A stretch of DNA of 64,000 nucleotides from the human T2T-CHM13v2.0 reference genome, Homo sapiens, in the NCBI RefSeq assembly GCF_009914755.1, contig NC_060930.1. The stretch is one strand, 5' to 3'. Numbering within the stretch: position 1 is the stretch's first letter; every line of letters begins with the position of its first letter. Below the pieces are notes generated by a model. It was given only the letters and a program-made list of their open reading frames with translations, was not told the origin of the DNA and ran no database searches. The position numbers and the translations under genes were made by a program. Shown in pieces: positions 31,950 through 46,852 of the stretch.

Positions 31950-32820
31950 AAGAAATTGTTAGAACACATTTGCAAGATTTACATTAAACAAATAATTAGC
32001 AAAGGTCAATTAGAAAAAATACAATCGTGGGCAAAAAAAATGTACAGTTTTTTTTTCAGAACTACAATTAGAAAAAATAATTTACTAACTTAGTCATTAA
32101 GTAAATTTTAATTAAATTACTTTATCATTTTGTACTCTACAGATTGTCAAGCATTAAAAATAAATTATCAATTTGCAGAGTTGACAGGGATTTGAATTGG
32201 AATTCATGTACCATTGGGAGGAGTGCGAGTTGAAACAATTACTTTAGAAAACAATTTGGTGCCTACCAGAAGACACAGCAATTGTACTCCCAGGTTTATA
32301 CCCTAGAGTAACACCTGGTTATAGAAGGATACATATACACAAATGTTTGTAGAACATTGCTCATGATAGCAAATAAAATCAGTTCACATTAGCATGAATA
32401 ACCTGTGTTATATTCACACTGTAGAATATTATTATTCATTAGAAATGAATAAACACACTCATATCTACATGGATGAATCCCACAAGCTAAATATTGACCA
32501 CAAACACAAATCACAAAAAATACATTATGATTCCCCTTGTAAAAATATTAAATCTGGCAAAACTAAATGCATACTGTTTAGGAATACATATGTAAGTGAA
32601 AGAAAACTATTGAGGAAAGCAAGGGAAATTATAAAATTCAGGAATATGTTTCAGAGAAAAGAAAGTAATGCTATTGGGGAGGAGGCGTGGAGGCTTCAAA
32701 GGCATGTTAGTGTTTCATCTCCTAAACTGGGTGATAGTTACAACAGGGTTATTAAACTTTAAACTCTTAATATATTACATCTGTTTTTTGAATGATGTAT
32801 TTTACAATGAAAAGTAACAT
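31950..32820 (+). mobile_element. L1ME 3' end (continuation of the 29.3-30.2 kb element)
   Basis: 'cagcaattgtactcccagg', 'catggatgaatcccacaa', 'ggcaaaactaaat...tttaggaatacata'. Confidence 0.75.
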
Positions 32821-33994
32821 TGTCATCCAATTATGTGTTTTCTCTGGTAATACTTGTGCTTGCACTGATTTTAGTACATGTGCACTGCACTATTTTACCT
32901 CCTTTATTATGATAACACATTACCACAGCATGGGGCATGCTGCGGACTTTTAGAAAATATTCTGATTTTTCCCAGCACACTGTGTATTCATTCAGGATAC
33001 ACTGGAAAGCGTGACATTCTGATCCATCATTATGAGTGTTCAGGTCATCCCTCACTAACCTTAGAAGAGTAAACAACACTGATTGCACACATGGGTGCTG
33101 CAGTTTTGCTCTTGACCCGTGGTTGTTAAGGATCATTTCTAGAGAACAGTCTCCACCATACATGAGCAAGTTGCAAATATGGAACTGGAAGAAAAAAAAA
33201 TCCACACAGAATAGAAATAAGATCCAATTTCTGCCTAGAACAAAAGAGATAAAAAGACTAAAATAAATGCTCAGATGAAAGGTTCAGTTTTCCAATACGA
33301 TTCTCAGAGAACCTTGAGAGTTGATTAAACAGCCTTATATGTTTTGCAATTTAATTAGGTAATGTCTTCAACAAAAAAAAAGCCCACGAAAAAACAAAAA
33401 CAAAAAAACTGAATTTGTCAAAGAAAAATGCTATCAAAATGACTTTTTTATTAACTCTGATAGTTTTGAAACATCTCCAGCTGATACGTGTTTGCTGTGG
33501 AAGCTTGTTCATTTTGCCTCCACAAGCTACTTCTTTTAATCTTTCTGTTTAATTGGCCATTGCTTGCACTAGTAAAGCTATCAGTAGGAGGATATTTTGA
33601 AGTAATGGAATGCTTAAATCTCAGCTTTGTTTCTTTTTTATATAAAGGGCCAGGACCATGGATATTTAGAGTATAAAAACTTCCCCTCCCATCTTAAAAA
33701 CACGTAGTCCTCATCCCTGGTCATGGCTTTTCTTCTCTCTTTAGTTTCCACTGCAGTCCCTCTATATATTAGTTAATACATTATTTGATATAGGTATTCT
33801 ATAATCATTCATTTCTTTAATTCCTTTCTGCAAATGAGTTTCCTTCTGCCCATATATATTTGAGTAAAGATTTTCATTATTTCATTTATTTTTTTTAAAC
33901 ATTCAGGAAACCTCTATTAGACATATTTTTGTTGTTCAAGAAATTATGAGATGTAGCATTAGAGAGTTTGCACTTTTGTGATTACTATTTTAAC

Positions 33995-36005
33995 ATTTTA
34001 AATAATAGCTTTATTTGAAAAAATGCGAATAATAAAATCAATTCTTTTTAACTTATAGAATTTGGTGGTTTTTTAGTATATTTACAAAGTTGTGCAACCA
34101 TTATCACAGTCCAAATGTAGAACATTTCATCAAAAAGAAACTCCATCTCCATTAACATTCCTTCCTTATCTCCCCCCCGACCAACCCCTGGCAACTACTG
34201 ATTTACAGTTCTGTCTCTTTACATTTGCCTATCTGGACATTTCATATGAATGTAAACATACAATAAGTGGTCTTTAGTTTTTGTTTTTTGACTATTTTTT
34301 CTTCTTAAAAAAACTGACCTCTAGTCCTGCAGATCAATATGTGGTGTTTGGGACTGGCTTCTTACATTTAGCATGACATTTTGAAAATTCCTGTTATAGC
34401 ATGCCTCATTACTTTATTTCTTTTCATTATAGAACAATATTTCCTTGTATGAATGTGCCATAGTTTGTTTTTGCATTCATCAGTTGATGAACATTTGAGT
34501 TTTCCCAATTTTTGGCCATCATGAATAATTTTTCTAGGAATATTATGTATAACTTTTTGCATGTGTTTTTATTTAGTTTTGGATTTATAACTAGGATGAG
34601 ATTGCTATGGCAACTGTGTTTAACAATTTGAGAAGCTGCTAAGCTGTTTTCTGAAGTGACTGCATTATATTCCATTTCCACCAACAGCATTGAGAGTAAG
34701 GGTTCAGTTTCTCTATACCCTCACCAACACTTGTTATTGTCTTTTATTTTTATTATAGCCAAACTAGTAGGTGTGAAATGGTATCTCATCATTTTGTTTT
34801 GCATTTCCCTGACAATTCAAGATATTGATCATTCTTTAACATTCTTGTAAGCCATTTGGTTATCTCCTTTGGAGAAACGTCTATTTAAATCCTTTTCCCA
34901 CTTAAAAAAAAAAGGTTACTTTTATTTTCATTATTGAATTGTAAGGGTGTTTTATATATTCTGAATATAAAGCCTTTGGCAGATAGGTGATTTGCAAATA
35001 GTTTCATTCTGTATGTTGGCTTTTTACTTTCTTGATGGTACCAATTGCAGCACAAAATTTTATCCATTTTTTTCTTTTGTCACATGTACTTTTAGTGCTG
35101 TAATTAAGAAACCATTGCCTAAACCAAGATCACAAAGATTTGCTCCCATGCATTTTTCTAAGAGATTATAGTTTTAGCTCTTACATTTAGGACTATGATC
35201 CATTTTGAGTTAATGTTTTGTTTATGGTGAGAGGTCCTGGTCTAACTGCATTTATTTGCATATAGATACCCAGCTGTTCGAGAACCATTTGTTAAAAAGA
35301 CTGTTCTGTCCCCATTGGATTATAGTATGCTTGTTGAAAATCAGTTAACCATAAATGTAAGGGTTTATTTCTGAACTCCTGATTTAATTCCATTAATATC
35401 TATATCTAGCCTTATACCAGTACCACATGATTGTAATGACTGTAATGATTGTAATGGCTTTGCAGAAATTTGGAAATCAGGAAATGTACATACCCCGATT
35501 TTGTTCTTTTTTGCCGGGTCTGTCCTGCAGACCCTGGCTGATGGACGAAATGAGTACTCAGACACAGGTATGCAGTGTAAGAGCAGTTAGGTGACTGCCT
35601 GGCTCTAGTGGCCAGACAGCAGCCCCTAGAAGCTGGACCTGCTTGCTTTTATTCAGTGCAGGCACAATGCCAAAAACCTGGAGCCAACACAACCTGTAGG
35701 TAATTAAAATTTATTGTTCCCCTTTCGGTGAAGGTCAGGGGCATGGATGATCAAAGGTCAGTTCCTGGTCAATATAAGTAAACAAGCCTGTTTAAAATAA
35801 ATTCCCCCACCCTCCCTTGTACCTACTCCTTGCGCTCTGCCTCAGGGTTATAGAATAGGTGTCTTCAGCTATTCTCCCCCCTGGGCTCTGCAGAACCTTC
35901 CGACCTTTCAGAAGGTTTGCATCCTTTCCCTATAGTTTTTCCAACCACTGTGACGGATCCCCCACACTTTTTCAAAATTGTTTTGGCTATTATCGGTTTC
36001 TTGTC
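33995..36005 (-). mobile_element. L1MB (MB7/8-like) 3' portion, interrupted by LTR22
   Basis: 'ttagtatatttacaaagttgtgcaacc', 'cccctggcaactact', 'ctggacatttcatatgaatg' and antisense ORF2 3' sequence. Confidence 0.88.
35512..35966 (-). mobile_element. Solo LTR22-family LTR (HERV-K HML-5 / HERVK22)
   Basis: 455 bp with TG...CA ends. The minus strand starts 'tgtgggggatccgtcacagtgg...actatagggaaa...ccttctgaaaggtcggaagg'. AATAAA on the minus strand at 35648-35653; TSD CTTTTT (35506-35511 / 35967-35972). Confidence 0.88.
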
Positions 36006-36049
36006 AGAAATATTTTTTAATCAAGTTTCCAGTTATATTTGTTTTTGTG

Positions 36050-36830
36050 AAAGTTTTTGGTTAAAAAAATGCTATCAAAACTAATGTATTGAAAAGAAAG
36101 TCTCCTTCCCACTCCAAAACCTCAGACATATCTGTTCACTAAGAACTGCTAAAAAACAATATGTCATTCAATAAATTATACATGCATGTATTATTTTATA
36201 AATATTTTATTTTACAAACATTTCTATAGTTTGCCTTATACATTAATGATATTACCTGGTGCTCATGCCACATCCTATTCATTAATCTGTCTAAATGATT
36301 GAATAGAATTCCATTGTAATGATGAATTACAATTTATTTAACTAGTTCCCTAATGATTAATATTTAGGTTAATTATGATTTTTTGCTATTATACTCAATT
36401 CTGTATGAAAATCTTTTCTGCATTTATTTTTATATTTGTGAAAGCATATCTGTAATGTCGGTCCCTAGAAATTGAATTCCTATGTCAAATATAAGGGGAT
36501 TTTACATTTTTAAGCACACAGACAAACTACACTCCGGGAGGCCTTCAAGAACTTACAAACTTAGAACAATTTTTCTACATCTTTATTAACCCTGTGTGTT
36601 ATCAAATTGTGTTGATAATTGTGAATTGGTAGATGTAAAAACATTATATTTGTCTGAATATATGTATAATAGTGAATGAAAATTGAGCATTTAAAATGTT
36701 TGTAAGTAACATTTGTAATTGTTTTTCTGTAAAATCCTTATTCTTCTTTGTTCATATTTCTATTTGAATAATGGCATTATTGAATTGAAACTATTTGTTC
36801 ATATTGAAATAAACCCTTTGTCATGTTTCT
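36050..36830 (-). mobile_element. Old L1ME fragment
   Basis: 'atagaattccattgt...atttatttaactagttccctaatgat...ttttgctatt', 'cctagaaattgaatt'. Confidence 0.65.
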
Positions 36831-37019
36831 TTTACTTAATCAGCATAACTCCTCTGATGGGATCTTCATATCATTCCTAATAGAAGATTGATTACCCATG
36901 TATATTTGACTAGGGTTGGCTGGGAGCAAAGGGAAGAAAACTTTTATCATCTAGTATAACAAAACAAAAGATATACAATTCATACATATTATTTCAATAT
37001 GAATTTAATTCATTTTACA

Positions 37020-39965
37020 TGACTTTTATTTTATTGAAGGTATAAATTACATATAATGATGAACACAAATCAGAAGTATACAACAGATCAATTTAAATAA
37101 TTGTAAATGCCCAAATAACAACGTCCCATATCAAGATTCACAGTTATTTTAGATCCTCCTTTCTCCCTTCCATGTATATGGACTCTTGGATGCATATGTG
37201 GTTTTTTTCCAGTGTGAGTGTATGATAAATAACACTGCTACAAACACTTACGTGTCTGTCTTTTGGTGGACATATGAACTAATTTCTTATGGTTGTCTAT
37301 GTATAACAAGTGTAATTGCTAGGTCACAGAGAGTGCATATTTTTTTGTGAGTAGAAAATGCCAACAAATTTCTGAAAGTACACCCCACAAGCAATGTGTG
37401 AGATTTCCGGTTGTCAGCATTTGTTATTGTCTACCCTTTTCATTTTAGCAATCTAACTAGTATATCACAGTATCACAATACAGTTTTAACTTGCCTTTTC
37501 CCAATGACTTACGATGTAAGTGCTTTTTAATATGCTTATTATGCATCTTGATATTATCTTTCATGAAGTACTTGTACAAAATTTACTAACTTTTTAAATA
37601 AGGTTGACTACATATTAATTTATAGGAATTTAAAAATGTATTTATATATGCTAGATACAACTCTTTATATTTTTTCTATACTGCCTTTTTCGTACACTAT
37701 CTCTTGAATAATAGATATATTTACTTTTAATGAAGTCCAACTGATCCTCCTTTTTATGATATTTTACTTATTCTGTTTATAAAATCCTTGCTTTCTCAAT
37801 GCCATGGAGATAGTTTCCTATATTTTACCCTAGAAAACTTATTACCTTATTTTTCACATTTAAATTTATGATCTATCTCAAATTATTTGTGTATGCATGT
37901 GTGGTGTGAGATAGGGTTTTGTATTCCCATACAGATGTCCAGTTGATCCAAAATATTATATTGAAAAAACCCCTCTTTTGCCACTGAATTGTTGTGACAC
38001 ATTTGTCGTAATCACAGTTAATAATAATTGTAAAAGTCAAATTCTAGTTTCTCTATTCTGTTTCATTAGTCTAATTGTGAATTTTTGCACCAGTATGCAT
38101 GATCTAATTAATACAGTTTCACAATAAGTCTTGAAACCTGGTAGTGTATGTCTTGCAGCTATATTTTTCTCTTTAAAGATTGCCATGGGGAAATGCAAAT
38201 CAAAACAATAAATAATAATGAGATATCATTTCACTCCAGTTAGAATAACTACTATCAAAAGGACAGAAAATAACAAGTGTTGATGAGGATACAAAATAAA
38301 GGGAAATACTTGTACATGTTTGGTAGGAATATAGAGTAGTACAGCCACTATGGGAAACAATATGGAGGTTCTTCAAAAAACTGGAAATAGAATTACCGTA
38401 TGATCCACCAATCCAACTGCTAGGTATATATCCACAAGAACGAAAATCAATATATTGAAGAGATCACTGCACTCTTGTGTTTGAGTACTTCACAGTGGGC
38501 AAGATAGGGGCTCAACCTAAGTATCTGTCAGTGGATGAATGGAAATAGAAAATTTGGCATATATGCACAATAAAATAGTGTTTGGCCATTCAGAAATGAA
38601 ATTTTGCCACTTGTAACATGGATGGAACTGGAGGATGTTTTGTTAAGTGAAATAAACTAAGCAGAGAAAGATGAATATTATATGTTCTCACATGTAAATG
38701 GGAGCTAAAAAAAAGTACATCTCTTGCACTTAGCATAATGGTGGTTGACTGAGGCTGGGAAGGGAAGAAGAGAGGGAAGATGGGGAGAAGTTTGTTAATG
38801 CATACAAAAATACAGTTAGATAGAAGGAATAAGTACTAGTATTCAACAGTATAGTAGGAAAATAACAGTTAACAATAATTTTTGTATATTTCAAAATAGC
38901 TAGAGGAGAAGAAAATGCACACAACACCAAAAAAGATAAATGTTGAGGTGATGGATATTCCGATTACCCTGATTTTATTATTACAAATTCTATCTATGTA
39001 TCAAAATATCACATGCAACCCCAGAATGCATCAACTATCATATATCAATTAAAAAATATAAAAAGCAGATCTCTATGGATATTGTAGATTCTTTGAGTTT
39101 CTACATCAATTTTAGAATTCTATGTTTGATTTCTATAATAACAAAAACTGCAACTACAATAGCAACAATATAACTGATATTTTGTTTGGAATAGCATTGA
39201 ATTTATAGATAATTTGAGGGATAATTAACTTTTAACATTATCTAGTATTCAATTCATGAAAATATCATATACTTCTACTTATTAAATCTTCTTTCAGTCC
39301 TTCCAGGAAGCATTTTGTAATTTTCAGTGTTGTAGTCTTGCACATATTCCATTACGCTTTTTCCCCAAATATGTGACATTTTGGTCTCTTTCATCTCGAT
39401 ATTTTTCTTTAATTTCTCAATAATTTGTTTCTAGAATATGAATATGCTGTGTATTTTTGTTTATTGACCTTGTTTTCAGTGACTTCATTAAATTCACTTA
39501 ATTATAATTGTTTATAGGTCCCTTTGCAAATAAAATTAGTTTTCCCTTTTATATTAAATTTTTATGCTTTATATTTATTTTTCTTAAATTATTGCACTGA
39601 TTAAAACCTGCAACATAATGTTACATAAATATAATGAGAGTGGGTACTTGTTTTCTTTCCAACTTCAGATGGAAAGCATTCATATGTTATCTATTCCTTT
39701 TTTTTTTTTGTAGTTATTTCTTATCATACTGAAGAAGTTCCCTTCCATTTCTGATATTCTAAGAGTCTTTAGCATGATTGGGTGTTGAATTTTATCAAAT
39801 AATTTTTCTACAACAACTGAAATAATTATGATTTTTTTCTTGTACTCTGGTGATTTTGTAAATTGTATTGACACGGTGAATTATATTGATTGATTTTTCA
39901 AATGTTAAACAAATTTTACAGTTGAGGACTAAATACCTCTTGATTATGATCTAGCACCATTTTTC
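37020..39965 (-). mobile_element. L1ME1/2-like element, interrupted by an L1MA at 38188-39065
   Basis: Antisense L1 3' end at 37020; antisense ORF2 continues after 39070 (minus ORF 'IISVVVEKLFDKIQHPIMLKTL'). Confidence 0.8.
38188..39065 (+). mobile_element. L1MA (MA4-6-like) 3' end
   Basis: 'gggaaatgcaaatcaaaac...' through 'aaatacagttagatagaaggaataag...ttaccctgattt...tcaattaaaaaa'. Confidence 0.88.
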
Positions 39966-40955
39966 CAAGTAAGTTATACGAAGTATAAAATGTTTACTTT
40001 GATGATAAATATGAATGCTTAATTTGAATGATATCACTGGATATGTGTCAAAGAAATGTTTCTCAAGTCATGAGACTGTAAAACTTCTCTGTCACTCAGT
40101 TCTGTTCATAGCCATGCTTACTTCCTTTCATAAGCAATGTAAGGTTTTTTCCTTGACAGACATTATTTGTCTGTTTGAGACATTTCAGATATTCACATAC
40201 TTGAAAGAGAAGTCACCTGATATTAAGTTAAGTAGATAACTTAGCTTCTTACTGATGCTACGAAGACTTTTCTATTTTCCCTTTCCTAAGAAAATTATAC
40301 TGCCACTTTGTGACTCTTTTTTATGTACGTATTCTAGCCCACCTTAACTCTAACTCTTTCTTTAAATGAAAATCGTATATATTTAAAGTGTAAGCTAGGT
40401 GATTATTTTGCTCCTTTTTAAGGCTTAAAGTGAGTATTAATTACCACTGACAAATGTTTCTTGAGTATACGGAGCACCACTGAATTGTGTTCTTCTTATT
40501 TAATGCCAAATTCTAGGACCTTCTTGGAAATCACATTCTTAACTGAAAAGAAAACCTGACAGTAATAATATTTGTCAGATAACAATATACAAAAACAAAA
40601 ATATTCCAAGTAAATACAAAAATAAATATTCCAAATGATTTATGACAAGGTGGTAGACATAAAAGTATTAATTGAGAGATATATATGAAAATGTGATTTT
40701 TAATCAGAGTTATAAATTATCAATGTACAATACCTTGCCACATGGCAGGAAAAGAATTGTTTTAGATATGAATAGGTGAAACTGCATGATGGGCTATGAG
40801 TTATGGCATTTCAAAATTGCTGATTGACCTAGATTAGAAGCTATTTGAATTTAAGCCACTAGGATGTGCGATATTTTTGAGAATGAGTTTTCTTTTTTTA
40901 TTAATTCTAGTTATCCCAACATCAAGCATGGTATCTGGATGATTGCTTTAAAAAT

Positions 40956-41225
40956 GTTGTTAAAAGATACAAAATTACATCTAGATGGGAAGAATAAAAC
41001 TTTGGCCTTCCATAGCACTGTAAGATGACTCTAGTTAACATTAATATATAGCTTCAAACAGCTAGAAGGAGGATACTGAATGTTCCCAACACAAAGAAAT
41101 GATAAGTGTTCAAGATGGATATGCTAATTGCCCTGATCTGATCGCTGTACATCATATGTATCAAAACATTACTGTGTACCCCATAAATATGTATAATTAT
41201 TATATGTCAATTAAAAAGAAAAAAA
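40956..41225 (+). mobile_element. L1MA3/4-like 3' end
   Basis: 'gatacaaaattaca...aatgttcccaacacaaagaaatgata...ccccataaatatg' with A tail; TSD-like AAATGTTG. Confidence 0.88.
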
Positions 41226-41399
41226 TTTAAATGTTGAATGAGGTAAAGAATGAACAGGCCAATGAAGGAAGAGCTTGGAATTTAGGGGAAATCAGGAAAT
41301 GGAAAAAATGAGAGTCTTATTTAGAATAGATGATGAAAACATATGTGTGTAATATATGCTATCTTTTTTTTTTTTTGCTATTCTGTGTGTGCCAGAGAG

Positions 41400-43008
<1,609 letters not shown>

Positions 43009-43015
43009 TCATAAT

Positions 43016-43018
<3 letters not shown>

Positions 43019-43052
<34 letters not shown>
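43019..43052 (+). repeat. (CA)17 microsatellite
   Basis: Perfect dinucleotide run. Confidence 0.98.
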
Positions 43053-43053
<1 letters not shown>

Positions 43054-43814
43054 CATGCTTCTTCCTATGTTCTTATTTACTGTATACTGATAGTTTGGTT
43101 ATATATTAAGGTTTTTTATGCTGCTTACCAATTATTTTACTTTCCTTCTTTATTTTCTGTGTGTAGTAAATTTATTGTCTGACATTGTTCACAAATTTAA
43201 AAAGTAATCCTATAAGAGGTAGCGCTATTGCTTTATTTTGAAACATGGTGAAGTTGTTTTCACATTGACCTGGGAGCCATTGTTGAAATTAAAAAACCTC
43301 AACCTCTCATAACCGACATCTCTGTGAAGGGCCAAGGATCACTGACACATGATTGCATATGTTGTCAACTGTTCTCCCTTGAGTATCTTATTTACTCTAT
43401 TTTTGATCATGTACGTATGCTTTTTAAACTTTCCCATTAAGTGGCTCTAACACTCAGCCTTTTGAGATTTAATTTGTTTTATTTTCAACAAGCTAAAAGG
43501 ATTGTCATTCTCTTAGATTGTTTATGTTAATCTCATTAATGTAAATGAAAGTTAAACTAATGGGGAGGATTGTTTCTTTTTTTAAAGCTATGATTTCCTT
43601 CTGGTAGTTACTATTTTATGTTAATGCATACACCTGCTTATCTTTTTAAAGTGAGACTAAGCACTGACAACAAATTTAATTAAAGATGAAAGTGATCTAT
43701 TTGTGTCCACATTTACTCAACCTGCTTACATTTGCAGTTTTGTGCAAAAGTCTAAATATCAAAATTTCTATTACTGAAACCAATATGAAGAATTTATTGT
43801 ATATTTTTTCTACT

Positions 43815-44193
43815 TATATTAGTTTGTTAGGACTGCCATAATAAAATACTATAGGTTGAGTGGCTTAAACAACAACAATTTATTTTCTCACAGTTCAAAT
43901 GTCAAAGTGCCAGCAGGGCAGTTTTCTTCTGAGGCCTCTCTGCTTGGCTTGCAGACTGCTGCCTTTTTCCTTTGTTCTTTCTCTTCTTATGCATCCCTGG
44001 TGTCGCTGTGTGTCCTAATCACCTCTTCTTATAAGGATGCTAGTTATATAGGATTAGGACCCACCTTAGTGTCCTCATTTTAACTTAATTACTTCTGTGA
44101 AGGCCCTGTCTCTGAACATAGTCACTCTGTCATACCAGGGGTTAGAGTTTCCACATGTGGATTTTGTGGGGATGTAATTCAGACCATAATAAC
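43815..44193 (-). mobile_element. MLT1B-like MaLR solo LTR
   Basis: 'tattagtttg...ggcttaaacaaca...ttctgaggcctctct...cttataagga...ctcattttaacttaattac...attcagaccata'. Confidence 0.85.
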
Positions 44194-45247
44194 ACTGAAA
44201 AGTGGAACGAAGCAAATTAAAAGTATGACAGTATGCCAGAAAATTGTGTGGAATCAGACTAGACTGATCAGTGCCAGAATGCTATTTTATTGTATGTTAC
44301 TAAAATCTGTAAAGTTCTGCAATGAGGTGGAAGAAGTTTGGCACTCATCTTCAAATGATGACATTCACTATTTATCCCCTGCCTATCCCAACACACAGAG
44401 CACCTTGGAATTTAACTGCAATCCCCAGCTTGGTACTTAAATCCCCTTGACTAATGAAGACCCTGCAATGAGGAGTGATAAGAGACATCCAGTTAGACAA
44501 AACAAAACTTAATTTCACTCTGCATTTATAGTCCAGAACCCTTTTCTATTTGCCAAGTTGTCACATTATGTAGATCTAGCCCATCAGATACAATTGTAGG
44601 AGCTTTTCTTATAGTAAGTATCCAACACATGGCCTGTGTTTGAAAAACGTTTGCTTTCGGAGTCACAGAGACCTGATTATCTCCCAGCCGTGCCACGTAA
44701 TGTTAGACATCAGCTTGCTCATCGATGACACCCTCATAGGATTTTGGTGGAGATTAATCACTATGACATAGATGTAATGCTGACACACATATTCATACTT
44801 CATAGATTTTAGGGCAATTAGAATGCAAGGATATGGTAGACTGTCTTTTACTCAATTAGTCACTCACTTCCATATTTGTTTCTCTATACATTTCCATATT
44901 TGTTTCTCCATCAACCTTACAATAATATGAAAGAGCCTCACATTTTTCTAGAGATATGGGTTCAGTGTTCCAGAGGTCTTCAGAATTTTATTTTTTAGTT
45001 TTGTCCTAATGCCAGTATATGCAAACACTGATGGATTAACATCTTTATGTTTTAATCATTTATTGCTATTACTAAAGGAAAATTATTTTGATTGCGATGG
45101 GGTATGGTAAAACCACTCAGGGACTCTCAAACCTGAAACAACTAGTATTTGTACTGGTGGCTTGTATTGTGCATTTTTTGTCTGTTATTCTCAGAAATGA
45201 CTGCCCTCAGAATGTAACATGTACTTGAAATTAAAAACCTCACCCTC

Positions 45248-45398
45248 TGCCTTCTTAGATATAAAAATTCTCTGTATGTATTGATTAGGAATTGGAGCAT
45301 TTTTACTCAAAGTTTTAACTTACACTAAACGTGATGTCTTTGAAAGGACTGTTGAAAGTTAAACCTTATATTAGCCCATTCTTGCATTACTATAAAGA
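45248..45398 (+). repeat. Dispersed direct repeat, copy 1 (partner 46703-46852)
   Basis: ~150 bp aligned by eye at roughly 88-90% identity; ends with ~30 bp of MST LTR terminus. Confidence 0.93.
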
Positions 45399-46702
45399 CA
45401 AAGAAAACTAAATTATATCCGAGTGCAATAGTGAACTGACCTGTTGGTGTCAGAATAGTGGAATCATCAAAAAGGAGGAACTAGGAAACAAAGGATTTGA
45501 AGTGGCCTCAGAAACCCAAGCGCAAGAGGCTACTTTTGCATGCCAAATGCCAGTTATGTAGATACAGCCAATACCAAAGTGTGCATATGGAAGAAAAATA
45601 TAAATAAACCTGACCATGAAATACAGACAGCCATATTCTGAGCTGCAAACTAAATGAAGGCCTTGGTGATGGGAGAAAAATATTCGATGTTCTACAGCCA
45701 GCCAGTGTTTGCCCTCCCTTTTTTCTTACTACTCCTTTCTTGTTTTTGAAGGCATCACGTGTGTTGGGAATTGGCAAAAAAGCTTATTCTGAGTAAAGCA
45801 ATGCCAGTTGTTTGGCAGATGGAAGATGTGGGATAAACCCTAGCTTACAGATCCTCCCAGAGTACAATCGGGAAAAGAGCTTTCCTTCCAGATAATATAC
45901 CTAGTGAGAAATCTGTTCAATTGGGTGAGGCGATCTACAGTGAAAAAGGGACAGAGCTAGAGGGTAGGAAAATTTTCCCCTCGCTTTATCTATACAGCAG
46001 ACTTTTCTTTTTCTCACTAAGCACTAACAGCAGCAAACTATTCTCAATGCCACTCTCATCCCCAAGCTAAGATCCAATAGCTTGCAAGTGCACTTTCTGT
46101 ATTGCAGGCTGTCAAGAGGGTCCAAGAGTAATTCTACCAGTAAAAACGTATTCAGGTTTTCCTTGAAAGAGCTGTATGTGGGAACAACTGTATTTTCTAC
46201 ATTAAATTTATGCACCATTATATGCTACATACTTTATGTATATATAGATGTATATGAAAATGGACTTGCAAAAATATTTCTAAATTCATGTGCAAGTTAA
46301 ATATTTAACATATGTTTTGCATATATTCAGCTACTAAAATGATCTAAATTTAATTAAGTAAAACACTAATTTTTCATGAAAGGTTGGTTTAACAGAAAAT
46401 GATAAAATGAATAATCTGTCAAAAGGATAGCAAATTTTATTATTATGATCCTAAACTACCAAACCTAGAAATTTCATATTCAAGAGAGGGGTGATTTATG
46501 AAGGTGTAAATATGCATGTATTAAAAATGTTTTAATTTTTTTAGAATATCTGAAATCCCAAATTTATAATCAAACTACAATGAAATTTTAGTTATATGTG
46601 TGAGATGTCTGCTTTTCCATAGGAGTTTCCCATGAACACATGAAAACTCCTTTGTTTTAAATTTCAAGATCCAAATATTCTGTGGTAAAAGTTGCTCAGT
46701 GA

Positions 46703-46852
46703 TGCCTTCTTAGATATAAAATTTCTATATATATAGATTGTGAACTGGAGCATTTTTATTCAAAGTTTTAACTTACACTAAATGTGACTGTCTTTGAAAG
46801 GACTGTTGAAAGTTAGACCTTATATTAGTCCACTTTTGCATTGCTATAAATA
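46703..46852 (+). repeat. Dispersed direct repeat, copy 2
   Basis: Shares 'tgccttcttagatataaaa' and 'tcaaagttttaacttacactaaa...tgtctttgaaaggactgttgaaagtta' with copy 1. Confidence 0.93.

Noticed and set aside
44868-44910. Small local tandem duplications (also ~31035, ~35427, ~55475)
   Set aside because: Ordinary slippage-scale events with no further structure.
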